A DNA stretch of 64,000 nt from an uncultured candidate division Zixibacteria bacterium (GCA_963801605.1 CAWDFP010000007.1:384001-448000), one strand, 5' to 3'; positions 1-9,917 are shown, numbered from the stretch's first letter. Made by a program: numbers and translations. Notes: generated by a model from the letters alone, not told the origin.

Positions 1-278
1 CCGAAAATCAGCCCGAAACATCCGAGGATAAGAAGAACCAATCCGGATCGGCTGGGCGCGGCCGGGAAAACAAGCTCGCTTTTTCGGCGATAAATCAGAT
101 AGATCGAAATCGGGATAACCAGGAAGCCATGCGAGTAGTTGCCGTCATGAAGCCAATCACCCAGAAGTCCGATGAATACGGGAATGTTTAGAAGCACCAG
201 AGCAGCCATAAGGATATAAGGCATGAGATGCCGCTTTAGGTGAGCGCTGAAGGAATGTCCGGTGATTCGATCTCCCAT
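1..278 (-). CDS. Exosortase (EpsH/Xrt family), N-terminal part; runs off the window
   Basis: Own translation from ATG 278: MGDRITG...LLGDWLHDGNYSHGFLVIPISIYLIYRRK; W-x-x-D-x-N-YSHGFL-x-x-P is the exosortase N-terminal motif; divergent from a PEP-CTERM gene. Confidence 0.85.
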   Translation of the reverse strand, partial: MGDRITGHSFSAHLKRHLMPYILMAALVLLNIPVFIGLLGDWLHDGNYSHGFLVIPISIYLIYRRKSELVFPAAPSRSGLVLLILGCFGLIF

Positions 279-469
279 ATAAATGTAATCGGCGTTGTCG
301 CGGGACTCTACACAATTGGGGTCAATAATATAATCCAATGGCTAAAAATACAACCGGCATCTGAGGTTCAAACCAATAAATGATGGTCTTTTATGAGGCG
401 TATTTGATCGTGCCAAATAGGAATCATGGACAAGTAAAATCGGATAAGTTGCAATATATTTCATATATT

Positions 470-484
470 CGTAATAATTTTACA
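470..484. promoter_or_regulatory. Candidate enhancer (bEBP-binding) palindrome upstream of the sigma-54 promoter
   Basis: cGTAAtaattTTACa imperfect palindrome about 100 bp upstream of the -24 element. Confidence 0.35.
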
Positions 485-528
485 GGGAATCCATAAAGCA
501 ATTATTAGCGGCGGCGGTTGATGAATCG

Positions 529-541
529 TAACTTATTGAAT
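529..541 (-). promoter_or_regulatory. Candidate IHF site
   Basis: Minus strand ATTCAATAAGTTA, one mismatch to WATCAANNNNTTR, lying between the putative enhancer and the sigma-54 promoter. Confidence 0.35.
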
Positions 542-579
542 AATAATCGATTATCATATTTTTTAAGCATGTAATTAGG

Positions 580-595
580 TGGCATTGTTATTGCT
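580..595 (+). promoter_or_regulatory. Sigma-54 (-24/-12) promoter of the PEP-CTERM gene
   Basis: TGGCATTGTTATTGCT with exact GG-N10-GC spacing, about 65 bp before the ATG. Confidence 0.7.
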
Positions 596-659
596 TAGAT
601 ATAGGAGGGATACTTAGGGATAATAGTGTTTGTAGATAGAAATTCCAAAGGAGTTTTCG

Positions 660-1478
660 ATGAGACACACTTTAGCACTGGCAGTAATAATCGTCCTATT
701 CACGGCTTCCTTCGCAGGAGCGAATCCACCTCCCGGGGGATATCTTCTAAACAACTATTTTGGCGTAAATTTGTCTGTTAATTCCAATGGATTTTTCAAT
801 ATGCCATGGACACCGACTCGCGGCGCATCCATGCATGCCGACTGGGGTTCAGATGGCGATCAATATGCGCCGGATCCGGGTCCGCAGTATTATCTTTCAG
901 AAGCTTTCGATATTGAAGGGATGTATCTCGATGTCGATTGGAATAGCGAACAGATCGTATATTCGATTGTAACATCGATGCCCAGCGCCGGATTCGGCCA
1001 GGTTTCCTGGTATCCGGGCTATATCTTCAGAGCGGGTGACATCAGATTTCAGGTTGGCGGCAACACTTATGTAGTAGGCACTCACGAAAGCTTTTACAGC
1101 AACCTGTATCTCAATCCCACAATGACCTATCGCGACGGCCATCGCGGCTTTGCAGAGCGCGGCAATCCGACGTTAGGCAATATTAATCTCGGGAACGAGC
1201 GGGCCAGGTCGAATGCCTATGCATTCAATTATTACGAATATTTCGACTCTAACAATCACTCAATAATTGAAAATGGCTATAGGACTTATGTCATGGAAGG
1301 CAGATTATCGTTTTCCGATATAGGCGGAGCTCCTACCTCCCCGGTGAATATGACCCTGGGAATGAGCTGTAATAATGATATAGCCACAGTGACGAGCGTA
1401 CCGGAACCGGGTACATTAGCATTGATGGGACTGGGGTTAATTGGAATCATCGGCGGTCGTCGTCGTTTCAAAAAATAG
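660..1478 (+). CDS. PEP-CTERM sorting domain surface protein
   Basis: Signal peptide; C-terminus VPEPGTLALMGLGLIGIIGGRRRFKK; MSCNND motif before the sorting signal; AAGGAG RBS. Confidence 0.95.
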   Translation: MRHTLALAVIIVLFTASFAGANPPPGGYLLNNYFGVNLSVNSNGFFNMPWTPTRGASMHADWGSDGDQYAPDPGPQYYLSEAFDIEGMYLDVDWNSEQIVYSIVTSMPSAGFGQVSWYPGYIFRAGDIRFQVGGNTYVVGTHESFYSNLYLNPTMTYRDGHRGFAERGNPTLGNINLGNERARSNAYAFNYYEYFDSNNHSIIENGYRTYVMEGRLSFSDIGGAPTSPVNMTLGMSCNNDIATVTSVPEPGTLALMGLGLIGIIGGRRRFKK

Positions 1479-1498
1479 TGCGATTATCATAAGATTTC

Positions 1499-1531
1499 AA
1501 AGGGCTGTTTCTATATGAAACGGCCCTTTTT
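1499..1531 (+). terminator. Intrinsic terminator
   Basis: aaagggctgtttc-tatat-gaaacggcccttt followed by T run. Confidence 0.8.
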
Positions 1532-1779
1532 CATTGGCAATTTCGGGGCATATTTCCCCCTTGCCATGATCCAATGTAAGTGGAAATCGCCATTAATCTG
1601 CGGGCGCGGGAATCTTAATTCGCTGACTTTTAACACTTAAAATTAATATATCGATTATAGGCCGGAATTGGCAATCTCCGATGAAATATCGTTTTGTCCC
1701 ATTAACCCTTAAAGGAGACGGGAAATATACCGATAAAATACAAGGTTCTTAGGAGAAACTCTGATCGGAGGATATTCCC

Positions 1780-3867
1780 ATGAGATGTGAACACTGCGGT
1801 ACCGACAATAATTTTGAATGGGCCAAGTTATGCAGAAACTGCCAGCAGCCTCTTCCACAAGCGGAGGAAGCCGGAGTCGCTGCATCACAGTCCCAGTTGG
1901 GTGCGACTATTAAGATCGAAGATCCCGAACAGGATATGGAAATAAAGGCAGTTGAGGAATGTGAGAAAGCGGATATCAATATAGGCGATCCCATGGATTT
2001 TATTATGGGATCAGATAAACCGGCACCGCAAGCGGCAGAAAACGAGATAAAAGATGCAATTCAACCGGAACCGATAGAACATGAACTGACATTATATCGG
2101 GATCAGGACGTCAAGCTTTCTATCACGGAGGATAATTCTAAAATCTCCGTTGAGTCTTTTAAGGATAATCTGACGATCACGGCAGAACACTTGCCAGAAG
2201 AGGAACAACCGCAGGAAAGCGCTGAGAACAACGAATCCAGCGTGGTGGCAATAGAAACGCATTCATCCGCAAATAAGACTCGTCCCATAAGTCTGACGGG
2301 TAATCCGGAATCCAATGATGAACAATCGAATACGGCGGTTACAAACGAGACCCAACAGAAGTCAGACACAGAACAGGCAAATGAGTCGACGGGAGTATCC
2401 GCTCGGATTGAAAAAATCGAAAATATTGTATTGAAACCAGTCGTAAATGAAATCAAACAAGCTCGAAGCGTGATCTATATCGCCGGCAAGAATCTTAAAA
2501 TTACCGGTTCGGTCAAAGTATCTCCCGGCGATGAGATTCGGATAAATGATAAAAGCTACGAGGCAAAACGTCAACCAGCCCACGGGCGGATTTATTATAT
2601 GGCAATTTGCGGCATTGGAGCGGCCGTGATTTTAGCCGCCCTGGCCTTCTTCACGTTATCATCAAGCGATATGGGCCAGTTGGTGGGAACGATCTCAAAC
2701 GGCGCCGACGGCCGTCCGTTTATCGGCCAGGGGATTAAAATTGCCGAGCTTAACAAAACGGTATCGACCAATGAAGCCGGATTTTTTATTTTCAGCGATA
2801 TACCAGCTGGAATTTACACGGTCGATGTTCGGATGCCAAGCGGGTCTCATATCCAGGATCGAATTAGTGTCGTAAAAAATCAGACAACCACGATAGCCTT
2901 AAGGGATCGCCAGCCGGAGGAAAACCAGCAAGCCCTTCAGCCGCCGTCACAGATAGAGGCCGCGCCGGTGGTGGCTGCCAAAACCGAAAGCAAAGCAAGC
3001 GGTAAAGGCAACCTAAAGCTGACCCTCTCCCCGTCCAATGCGTCGGTTTATATTGACGATCAGCCGGTGGGAGTTGGCTCGGGCTCATATAAACTCGATG
3101 CGGACAGCTATACGTTGACAGTAAGAAAAAGCGGTTATCAGGATTCAAGCCAAAAAATAAAGATAGATTCCGAAAAGAGCCTGTCGCTTAAGGTAACGCT
3201 TTCCGAATCGGGCCAGGCGCAATCCCGAATCAAAACTAATTCAGATTCCGGTTATGAACAGGAAACCGCCGGAAATTATCAGGACGCTATAAGATTATAC
3301 GATCAGGCGTTGGCCAGCAATCCGAGAGATATCAACTCGATGTTAGGGAAAGCCAGATGCGCCAGAGCTGAAGGTATGATCGAAAACGCCACGACATATT
3401 ATATGCAGGCGGCCAAGTTAGCATCGGATAAAGGCGACGCAAATTTGCAGCTTCAAGCACTCAGCGGCATGATCGATATGAAGCCCAATACGCTCACGGC
3501 CTACACATCGCGCGCAGACCTTCTCTACAATCTGGGTCAGTACGATAAGGCGGCCGATGATTTTGCCAGGGTCGTGGAGATCGATACTCGTAATTTAGGC
3601 GCATATTATAAGCTCGGAGCCTGCTATTACAAATCGGGCAAGTATTCCGATGCCGTCAAGTCTTTCAGCGCCGCCAAAGAACTGAATTTCGCGGATCCCA
3701 AAGCCAATGCCTGGTTAGCCAAGAGCTATCTGGCTATGGGCGACAAGAAAAATACCAAGAAAGCGTTCGAGAGTTTCAAAGAAACCGCCAGTTATTCCAC
3801 TCGTTTGGAGTTTAAGCGCGATCCGGAATGGCAGAAGGTACTTGCCGCATTAGGCGAAAAAGAATAA
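1780..3867 (+). CDS. Membrane-anchored protein with zinc ribbon, carboxypeptidase-regulatory-like, PEGA and TPR domains
   Basis: CxxC...CxxC N-terminus, acidic linker, one TM helix, TNEAGFFIFSDIPAGIYTV, PEGA-like ASVYIDDQPVG...YTLTVRKSGY, C-terminal TPRs. Confidence 0.8.
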   Translation: MRCEHCGTDNNFEWAKLCRNCQQPLPQAEEAGVAASQSQLGATIKIEDPEQDMEIKAVEECEKADINIGDPMDFIMGSDKPAPQAAENEIKDAIQPEPIEHELTLYRDQDVKLSITEDNSKISVESFKDNLTITAEHLPEEEQPQESAENNESSVVAIETHSSANKTRPISLTGNPESNDEQSNTAVTNETQQKSDTEQANESTGVSARIEKIENIVLKPVVNEIKQARSVIYIAGKNLKITGSVKVSPGDEIRINDKSYEAKRQPAHGRIYYMAICGIGAAVILAALAFFTLSSSDMGQLVGTISNGADGRPFIGQGIKIAELNKTVSTNEAGFFIFSDIPAGIYTVDVRMPSGSHIQDRISVVKNQTTTIALRDRQPEENQQALQPPSQIEAAPVVAAKTESKASGKGNLKLTLSPSNASVYIDDQPVGVGSGSYKLDADSYTLTVRKSGYQDSSQKIKIDSEKSLSLKVTLSESGQAQSRIKTNSDSGYEQETAGNYQDAIRLYDQALASNPRDINSMLGKARCARAEGMIENATTYYMQAAKLASDKGDANLQLQALSGMIDMKPNTLTAYTSRADLLYNLGQYDKAADDFARVVEIDTRNLGAYYKLGACYYKSGKYSDAVKSFSAAKELNFADPKANAWLAKSYLAMGDKKNTKKAFESFKETASYSTRLEFKRDPEWQKVLAALGEKE

Positions 3868-3882
3868 TTAAGATCACCCGTA

Positions 3883-3932
3883 AAAAACCCTCTGATGCTC
3901 AATTGACTCCCGCATCAGAGGGTTTTTCTTTT
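3883..3932 (+). terminator. Intrinsic terminator
   Basis: aaaaaccctctgatgc ... gcatcagagggttttt 16-bp inverted repeat plus T-rich tail. Confidence 0.75.
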
Positions 3933-3964
3933 ACGAAAATGCTTTTGGGGCTTATATTAATCAT

Positions 3965-4699
3965 ATGGGCGATAACGATCTGAATCCTGAAATTCTCCCG
4001 GTCGCGGAAGAACCGAAAATCGGGCGGCCGTTACCAGCGGCTCAATTGTATCTCCTGCTATTTATCTTAATCGGTTACCCGTTAATAAGTATCGTAATGA
4101 GTTTGACGAACCATGCGGATGCCACGAGGGTGATATCGCGTGTCGGTCAAATCTACCTGCCATCACTAATGATTCAGCTAATAATGCTGACGCTGGTTGT
4201 CGGGATTCTCAGGCAAACTCAAACGACGCTGGGGGGAATCGGTTTGGGCCGGGATGATATCAACTGGCCAAATGTCGTATCGGGGCTGATTTTTTTTATC
4301 GGTGCGTGGACAGTGATAATCGTTATACGAAGCGCAATTATGAAATCCGGTTATATACCTGAAAAGGATTTCATGTACCTGTTGCCTAAGACGAATCCGG
4401 AACGAGTTTTCTGGTTTTTTCTTTCGATAGGAGCGGCATTTTCGGAGGAAATCACATTTCGCGGGTATGCCATTACGCGCCTCAGAATTCTCACCGGCAG
4501 CTACTGGACAGGAGCAATTTTATCGTCGCTGGCATTTAGTGTCGGCCATTTATATCAGGGTATTGCAGGAGTAATTTTAACCTTTATCTACGGCCTGCTC
4601 TTTGCGGGATTATTTGTGGCGCGCAAGAGCGTTTTCCCTTGTATCATCGCGCATTTTCTGCAGGATGCCCTGGTGCTGATAGCCTTGATAATTATGTAG
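3965..4699 (+). CDS. CPBP (CAAX protease/Abi) family intramembrane glutamic protease
   Basis: EEITFRG, FSVGHLYQG and AHFLQD motifs; multiple TM helices. Confidence 0.9.
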   Translation: MGDNDLNPEILPVAEEPKIGRPLPAAQLYLLLFILIGYPLISIVMSLTNHADATRVISRVGQIYLPSLMIQLIMLTLVVGILRQTQTTLGGIGLGRDDINWPNVVSGLIFFIGAWTVIIVIRSAIMKSGYIPEKDFMYLLPKTNPERVFWFFLSIGAAFSEEITFRGYAITRLRILTGSYWTGAILSSLAFSVGHLYQGIAGVILTFIYGLLFAGLFVARKSVFPCIIAHFLQDALVLIALIIM

Positions 4700-4766
4700 C
4701 GACGCTTTGATTTTCGGTGATAGGCTTAAAAGCATTTTCGATTGGATTCAATTCCATAAATACGAA

Positions 4767-4790
4767 GGCGCCGGGCAAAGGCCCGACGCC
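4767..4790. terminator. Hairpin between convergent genes, probable terminator
   Basis: ggcgccgggc-aaag-gcccgacgcc. Confidence 0.5.
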
Positions 4791-4814
4791 ATTTCGCATG
4801 GTTGTATTTAATAC

Positions 4815-5396
4815 CTATTTGACGGTGATATATCCTGCTTTATAGGCACAATCTACCTGCTGAGCGGCCGGAGTCCAAAAGAGATAACTGTAATCGATCT
4901 TGGGGTGCGGATAGAAAGCGTTAGGCCCGCTTTCAAGTTCGACCTTACCGATTTTAGTATCTTTGGCAGCGGTAAACCAGAGAGTAGCGACTAAACCGTC
5001 GCCCGGGTTTAGCGGCTGTACCGATTGGCTGGCGTCAGTGGTATAGATAAAGCAGAAAAAGACAGTTTTACCGACCGGTTCGATCATCGGGAAGCCAAGA
5101 GCGAAATCCTTGCAACGAGAACCAGCGAAGGTGACTGAATCGCACTTAAGATTAACATCCTCGGAACGATAATAGATAGGCACCTGCATACCCGCCAGCG
5201 TATCGGTGTTATTAACAAACACCTTTACCGGAAATGAAGCCCCCCGGGAGACCTCAACGCTCTCAGTGTAGCAAACGTTGCCCGCTTTTTGTGGCTGCTT
5301 TTCGGTTTTATCTTTTTCAACGGCGAAAGAGACGCCACACAGACCAACCAGCATCACAAAAACTACAAGCTTCCTCAAATGACCTCCTTTTATCAA
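4815..5396 (-). CDS. Secreted single cohesin-like domain protein
   Basis: Signal peptide; cohesin-like strand pattern FPVKVFVNNTDTLAGMQVPIYY...DSVTF...PLNPGDGLVATLWF...AGYITVK; directly downstream of a dockerin gene; true start may be slightly downstream. Confidence 0.65.
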   Translation of the reverse strand: MIKGGHLRKLVVFVMLVGLCGVSFAVEKDKTEKQPQKAGNVCYTESVEVSRGASFPVKVFVNNTDTLAGMQVPIYYRSEDVNLKCDSVTFAGSRCKDFALGFPMIEPVGKTVFFCFIYTTDASQSVQPLNPGDGLVATLWFTAAKDTKIGKVELESGPNAFYPHPKIDYSYLFWTPAAQQVDCAYKAGYITVK

Positions 5397-7418
5397 TTAA
5401 CAGCTTCCACGAACAGGCGCTGGACCCAGGCCTTTCAGATAATTCACCAGATATATAACATCAAGACCGTTAGCAGCGCAATCGCCATTGGCATCGCCGC
5501 GCAGAAGCGGATCCGGCGCGGGACCAATCCCTTTAAGGTAATTCAAAAGAAATACCACATCGAGTCCGTTAACCTGTCCGTCACCGTTGCAATCACCGGG
5601 GCTGAAATCCTGGAAATACAGGAGTACCAGCGAATAGTAATCGCAGACATAGGAAATTTCGTTATAAACGAAGATGCCCACCGCTGAACCCGGAGTATCG
5701 TAGGAGGCGCTTCGGGACGGATGAACCTTATTGAGAACGTTAAGTACGGTGTAACCTCCCGATTGATGAGCCACATGCAGGAAGTTGGAGGAGAAATAAA
5801 TATCGGATACCTGATCCGCCACATCATAGGAAGAGGTGAAGGTCGGGGCGGCGGGATCGAGAACATTGATGATGACAACGTCATTAACATCATCCGCGAG
5901 GTAAGCATACATGCCGTCAGCGACGACCGCGGAGATATTGCCGGTGGAACTGTAAGTGCCAAGTAAGGTCGGAGCAGAGGGAACGATCAGGCTATAAATC
6001 TGACATCCGCCGCTCATCGAGGCAACATACAATCTATCGTTGTTTACAAATACGTCCACAGGTGTCCCCGCAGGTGTTAAGCTTCCGACAAACCCGATAT
6101 TGTAGGGGTTGCCGATATTAAATATCTGCACTGAATTATAGTCGGCTACATAGCAATAAGTTCCGAGTATTGCCAGGGACTGAGCAAAGCCGGGAGTATC
6201 GTAATTGTCGGCGATAGTCGGATTGGCTGGACTGGCAATATTCGCGGACAGGAGGCCGCTCTGTCTATCCGCAATAAAAGCATAAGAGCCGATGACTTTG
6301 ATATCTTCCGCTTTGCCGGGGGTGTCGAGAGATCCGACCCATACAGGAACATTGGGGTCCTGAACGTTAACGACCTGCATTCCAGTTTCCCAGGTCGCGA
6401 CATAGGCGTAGTTACCGACGGCGTCGCATTTTCTGACATAGGACGTTTTAAATTCGCCGGCGGGCACAGGAAGAGTGGGATCGTTGATATTATAAATTTC
6501 GAGACCAGCCTGACCGTCAGCGACAAAAAGATAATTAGGAACGTTCCAGAGGGATCTGGCTATACCGGGGGTTTGATATCCCCCCTGGAAAAACGGACTG
6601 CCGGGATTGGTAATGCTGACTATCTCAATCCCATTGGCATCATCAGCGCAATAGGCAAAACCGGCGGTGACCCTGACCCTATTGATATAAGAGCCGTTGG
6701 GATTGGTGTATCGACCCACAAAGCTGGGATTAAGGGGATTATTGATATTGAGAATGGTCAGACCATTAAAGGTATCGGAAAGATAGGCGTAGTTGTTCTG
6801 AGTCGTGACCGCGATGGTCCACATGCCGACATATCCATAAGCGCCGACCCGATAAGGCGCCGCGGGATTGAAGACATTGATAATTTGCATGCTGTCGCCG
6901 TCAGCCACATAGACATAGCTTCCAACAGCCTTGACGCCCCAGGCCTCGCCGGGAGTATCATAATAAACCGGAGTAGTAGGTGAACTGGGATTGGAGACAT
7001 TGACAATCGCAATACCCCGTTGGACAGTGGCTATATAGGCGTAATTTCCCGAAACGGAAACATCTACGGCGCTATTGGGGGTCAGCGGCCTGACCGAAAC
7101 CATCGTCGGCAGATGAGGATTGGAAACATCGATGATTCTCATTCCGGATTGTTCATTGGCAATATAAAGGTAATTCCCAACGAGATCCATGTTGAGAGCG
7201 TTATGCTCGAAGCCCATAGTTGAAATCAGGACGGGGTTACTCATGTTGGAAATATCGAATATACCCAGACCCGAGTAGAAGGTAACATAGGCATATTGAC
7301 CGGAGACGCGCACGTCCTTGGCCTCGGTCCATACAGTGGACGAGAGGAAATCGACATTTTGAGCGCCAGCCGTGACGAACATAGCGAGAATGCCAATTGC
7401 GATCGCTATCCGTTTCAT
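5397..7418 (-). CDS. LVIVD-repeat beta-propeller protein with C-terminal dockerin
   Basis: Many repeats of the type YAYVA...GL.I.DVSNP..P...G.YDTPG.A; duplicated GDCNGDGQVNGLDV / GDANGDCAANGLDV Ca-loop-helix. Confidence 0.9.
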   Translation of the reverse strand: MKRIAIAIGILAMFVTAGAQNVDFLSSTVWTEAKDVRVSGQYAYVTFYSGLGIFDISNMSNPVLISTMGFEHNALNMDLVGNYLYIANEQSGMRIIDVSNPHLPTMVSVRPLTPNSAVDVSVSGNYAYIATVQRGIAIVNVSNPSSPTTPVYYDTPGEAWGVKAVGSYVYVADGDSMQIINVFNPAAPYRVGAYGYVGMWTIAVTTQNNYAYLSDTFNGLTILNINNPLNPSFVGRYTNPNGSYINRVRVTAGFAYCADDANGIEIVSITNPGSPFFQGGYQTPGIARSLWNVPNYLFVADGQAGLEIYNINDPTLPVPAGEFKTSYVRKCDAVGNYAYVATWETGMQVVNVQDPNVPVWVGSLDTPGKAEDIKVIGSYAFIADRQSGLLSANIASPANPTIADNYDTPGFAQSLAILGTYCYVADYNSVQIFNIGNPYNIGFVGSLTPAGTPVDVFVNNDRLYVASMSGGCQIYSLIVPSAPTLLGTYSSTGNISAVVADGMYAYLADDVNDVVIINVLDPAAPTFTSSYDVADQVSDIYFSSNFLHVAHQSGGYTVLNVLNKVHPSRSASYDTPGSAVGIFVYNEISYVCDYYSLVLLYFQDFSPGDCNGDGQVNGLDVVFLLNYLKGIGPAPDPLLRGDANGDCAANGLDVIYLVNYLKGLGPAPVRGSC

Positions 7419-7841
7419 CGCTCTACCCTCATTTCTTTGGTTTGCCTCTCCTATCAGGAGAATTAAATAATTTCAAATATTAAATTTTTATTGACCGGAA
7501 AAATGTGTTTCTTCGAATGATTAGAATTATTTCCGCCTCGGGCAGGGGCAAAAGCTCGACGCAGGCGCAGTCCAATTTGACGACTACGCGTCGAATTTAG
7601 ATATCCAATTTGGAGTTCTAACAGGGCTTTTCCACCAAAACCGCTCAAAGCAGGTCCAAAAGATCGGTTTTAAAGTTTCAATACGAAGAAGCTTGCTATT
7701 TCTAAGCCAGCCGTTGAGTACATAAGCGGCTAAATCAGACACGTATAAGATAGGCCCTGTCAAACATTATGGCAAGTATTTTTTTAGGGGAAAGTTGGCA
7801 AAATCGGGATTCAAACTTAAGGCTGTTATATTTTAACCAAT

Positions 7842-7870
7842 AAAAAAGGCGGACCAAGGCGATCCGCTTT
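7842..7870 (-). terminator. Intrinsic terminator
   Basis: aaaaaaggcgga...tccgcttt, T run on the minus strand. Confidence 0.6.
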
Positions 7871-7893
7871 CCTTTCAGATTATGTTGCGGTGG

Positions 7894-8736
7894 CTATTTC
7901 AATAGCACCATTTTCAGAGACTGGGAGAAATTCCCGGCCTCAAGTTTGTAAAAATAGGCTCCCGATGGAACCGAGTTGCCATTTTCGTTTTTGCCATCCC
8001 AGACAACTTTATGATATCCGGCCTCCTGAGAACCCGAAACGAGGGTTTTAACATTCTGCCCGAGAATATTGAAAACCGTAAGCTTAACATCGCGAGCATC
8101 GGGTAAAGCATATTCGATTTCGGTCGTGGGGTTAAAAGGATTAGGATAATTCTGGCTTAACAAAATCTCCGTTGGCAGCGGCAAGTCCTGCGCCGACTGG
8201 GCCGAGGCGATCTCGACACTACCGTTTACGATTACGGGATTTACTCCGGTTACACCGTCACTATATCCAAATAGCGGAGCGCCGGTGCGATCGTCAGTGG
8301 TAGGCGTAATGGCGGCGATTTGAGTCGTCGGATTATCACTGATTGAAAATACCAGTTCAAATACTCCGGCTCTAAGCCCGGCGGTATTTAAAACCGGGTT
8401 GGGATCTCCACCAAGATCGGAAAATCCCAAATGTGTCGCCAGCCTATGATCTTCTTTAATACCCTGCCAATTATCATCCCAGGCCTCGAGCGGCGAACCT
8501 ACCTGAAACCCCATAAATTGGATATCGCCGGATGATTCGATCCTTAAGGGCAAATTGTAATGAGTGACATCCCCATCGGTAACGAAATAAACCGGCACTG
8601 TAACTTGAGTTTGTCCGGGGTTAAAAGTGGCGGTCCCTATGATGACGCTATCGGCGTTGTCGACTAAAGTACCACCTATCGCCGGAAATGAAATGCACAA
8701 GATAATTGCTATCCCCAGCAACAATCCATATTTCAT
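7894..8736 (-). CDS. Cohesin-like domain plus FlgD-Ig/T9SS type A C-terminal domain
   Basis: Signal peptide; PGQTQVTVPVYF...FELVFSI...NGSVEI beta-sandwich; LSQNYPNPFNPTTEI...KMVLLK CTD. Confidence 0.75.
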   Translation of the reverse strand: MKYGLLLGIAIILCISFPAIGGTLVDNADSVIIGTATFNPGQTQVTVPVYFVTDGDVTHYNLPLRIESSGDIQFMGFQVGSPLEAWDDNWQGIKEDHRLATHLGFSDLGGDPNPVLNTAGLRAGVFELVFSISDNPTTQIAAITPTTDDRTGAPLFGYSDGVTGVNPVIVNGSVEIASAQSAQDLPLPTEILLSQNYPNPFNPTTEIEYALPDARDVKLTVFNILGQNVKTLVSGSQEAGYHKVVWDGKNENGNSVPSGAYFYKLEAGNFSQSLKMVLLK

Positions 8737-8835
8737 CGTTCCTCCTTGGAAAGGTTTTTTTGCAGTAGATTAATGTCTTTAACATTTTTTACAATATTTA
8801 GCGGGCAGATGTTCCCCAAGATGCCGGAAATATCG

Positions 8836-8865
8836 AAAAAAAAAGGCAGGCATGGCTGCCTGCCT
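8836..8865 (-). terminator. Intrinsic terminator
   Basis: A9 then aggcaggca-tggc-tgcctgcct stem. Confidence 0.8.
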
Positions 8866-8888
8866 CAAGAAAACCTTAGAAAAGGAAT

Positions 8889-9734
8889 TTAGCGGACCAG
8901 AACCATTTTATTGGTTTGGGTGAAATCAGACGTATATATCTTGTAGAAGTATATGCCTGATGGCACGTTAGCTCCGTTATCATTCTTGCCATTCCAATGG
9001 GCGATATGATCGCCTGCCGCAACCGTACCATCAACAATCGTCTGAACTTCCTGGCCAAGCAAATTGAAGACTGTCAGGGAGACATAGGTTTCCTTTGGTA
9101 AAGAAAACTCGATGTTGGTTTCAGGATTGAATGGATTCGGATAGTTTTGCTTCAGAGCATAATTGGTCGGGATTGGATTTCCATCGTCGACACCCTCGCC
9201 CGGACGGGTAATCTGCATCGGGGTTTTAACGATGACTGGAGTAATCTGAGTTAATCCGTCAATCAAGCCGAACATAGCAGAACGATTACGGTCATCAAAA
9301 ACCGTATCAATCGAAATGGTCTGCGGACGAGTACCGGGGGCGATGTTGAACCGCAAGTTCCAGCAGTTTACCCTGGCGCCGTTGGTCAATAGCGGCGGAT
9401 TGTTGTGCAGAGTGTCAACGTCAGCGAAACCGATCTGCCTAATGAAACCGGTGCAAACGGAATCGAAGCGAACGTCCCAGCTAGTCAAAGGCGGGAAGTA
9501 ATTAGTTTGTGAACTTGGTGTCACACCGCCTAAGGGTGCACTCCAGGTAATCGGAAGATTGTAAAACATTACTGAGTCATCCGTGACTGCCCAAAACCTG
9601 GTGGTAATAAATGTGAAACCGGAATCAATGCTCAATCCCTCAATGACAATCGTATCCCGCATGCCGGGATCCTGGGCATATACAGCGCTGCCCAGAAGCA
9701 GACATGCCGCCAAAAACAATAGCAACTTTTTCAT
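8889..9734 (-). CDS. Cohesin-like domain plus FlgD-Ig/T9SS type A CTD, tandem paralog of 7894..8736
   Basis: Shares VTD..V..YNLP, WD, GF.D....NP.L.T.G.R and DDR.....FG..DG.T...PVIV with its neighbour; LKQNYPNPFNPET...KMVLVR. Confidence 0.75.
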   Translation of the reverse strand: MKKLLLFLAACLLLGSAVYAQDPGMRDTIVIEGLSIDSGFTFITTRFWAVTDDSVMFYNLPITWSAPLGGVTPSSQTNYFPPLTSWDVRFDSVCTGFIRQIGFADVDTLHNNPPLLTNGARVNCWNLRFNIAPGTRPQTISIDTVFDDRNRSAMFGLIDGLTQITPVIVKTPMQITRPGEGVDDGNPIPTNYALKQNYPNPFNPETNIEFSLPKETYVSLTVFNLLGQEVQTIVDGTVAAGDHIAHWNGKNDNGANVPSGIYFYKIYTSDFTQTNKMVLVR

Positions 9735-9917
9735 TACCGATGGCCTCCTTAATTATTATTTACTTGTTAACTTTTACTAATACTCACCCGCAATAATGGT
9801 GTTACCACATCCCATTAACCCCATCGTTCAAAATATTACGAAATAATGTCACCTTATGTCAAGTTTTTTTTGGCAGCTTAAATATATTTTTTTATCAATA
9901 AAATGAGATAAAAGACA

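Noticed and set aside
5600..7350. Periodic repeats as a CRISPR array or DGR template
   Set aside because: They are degenerate protein-level LVIVD repeats; no identical DNA repeats, cas genes or reverse transcriptase in the window
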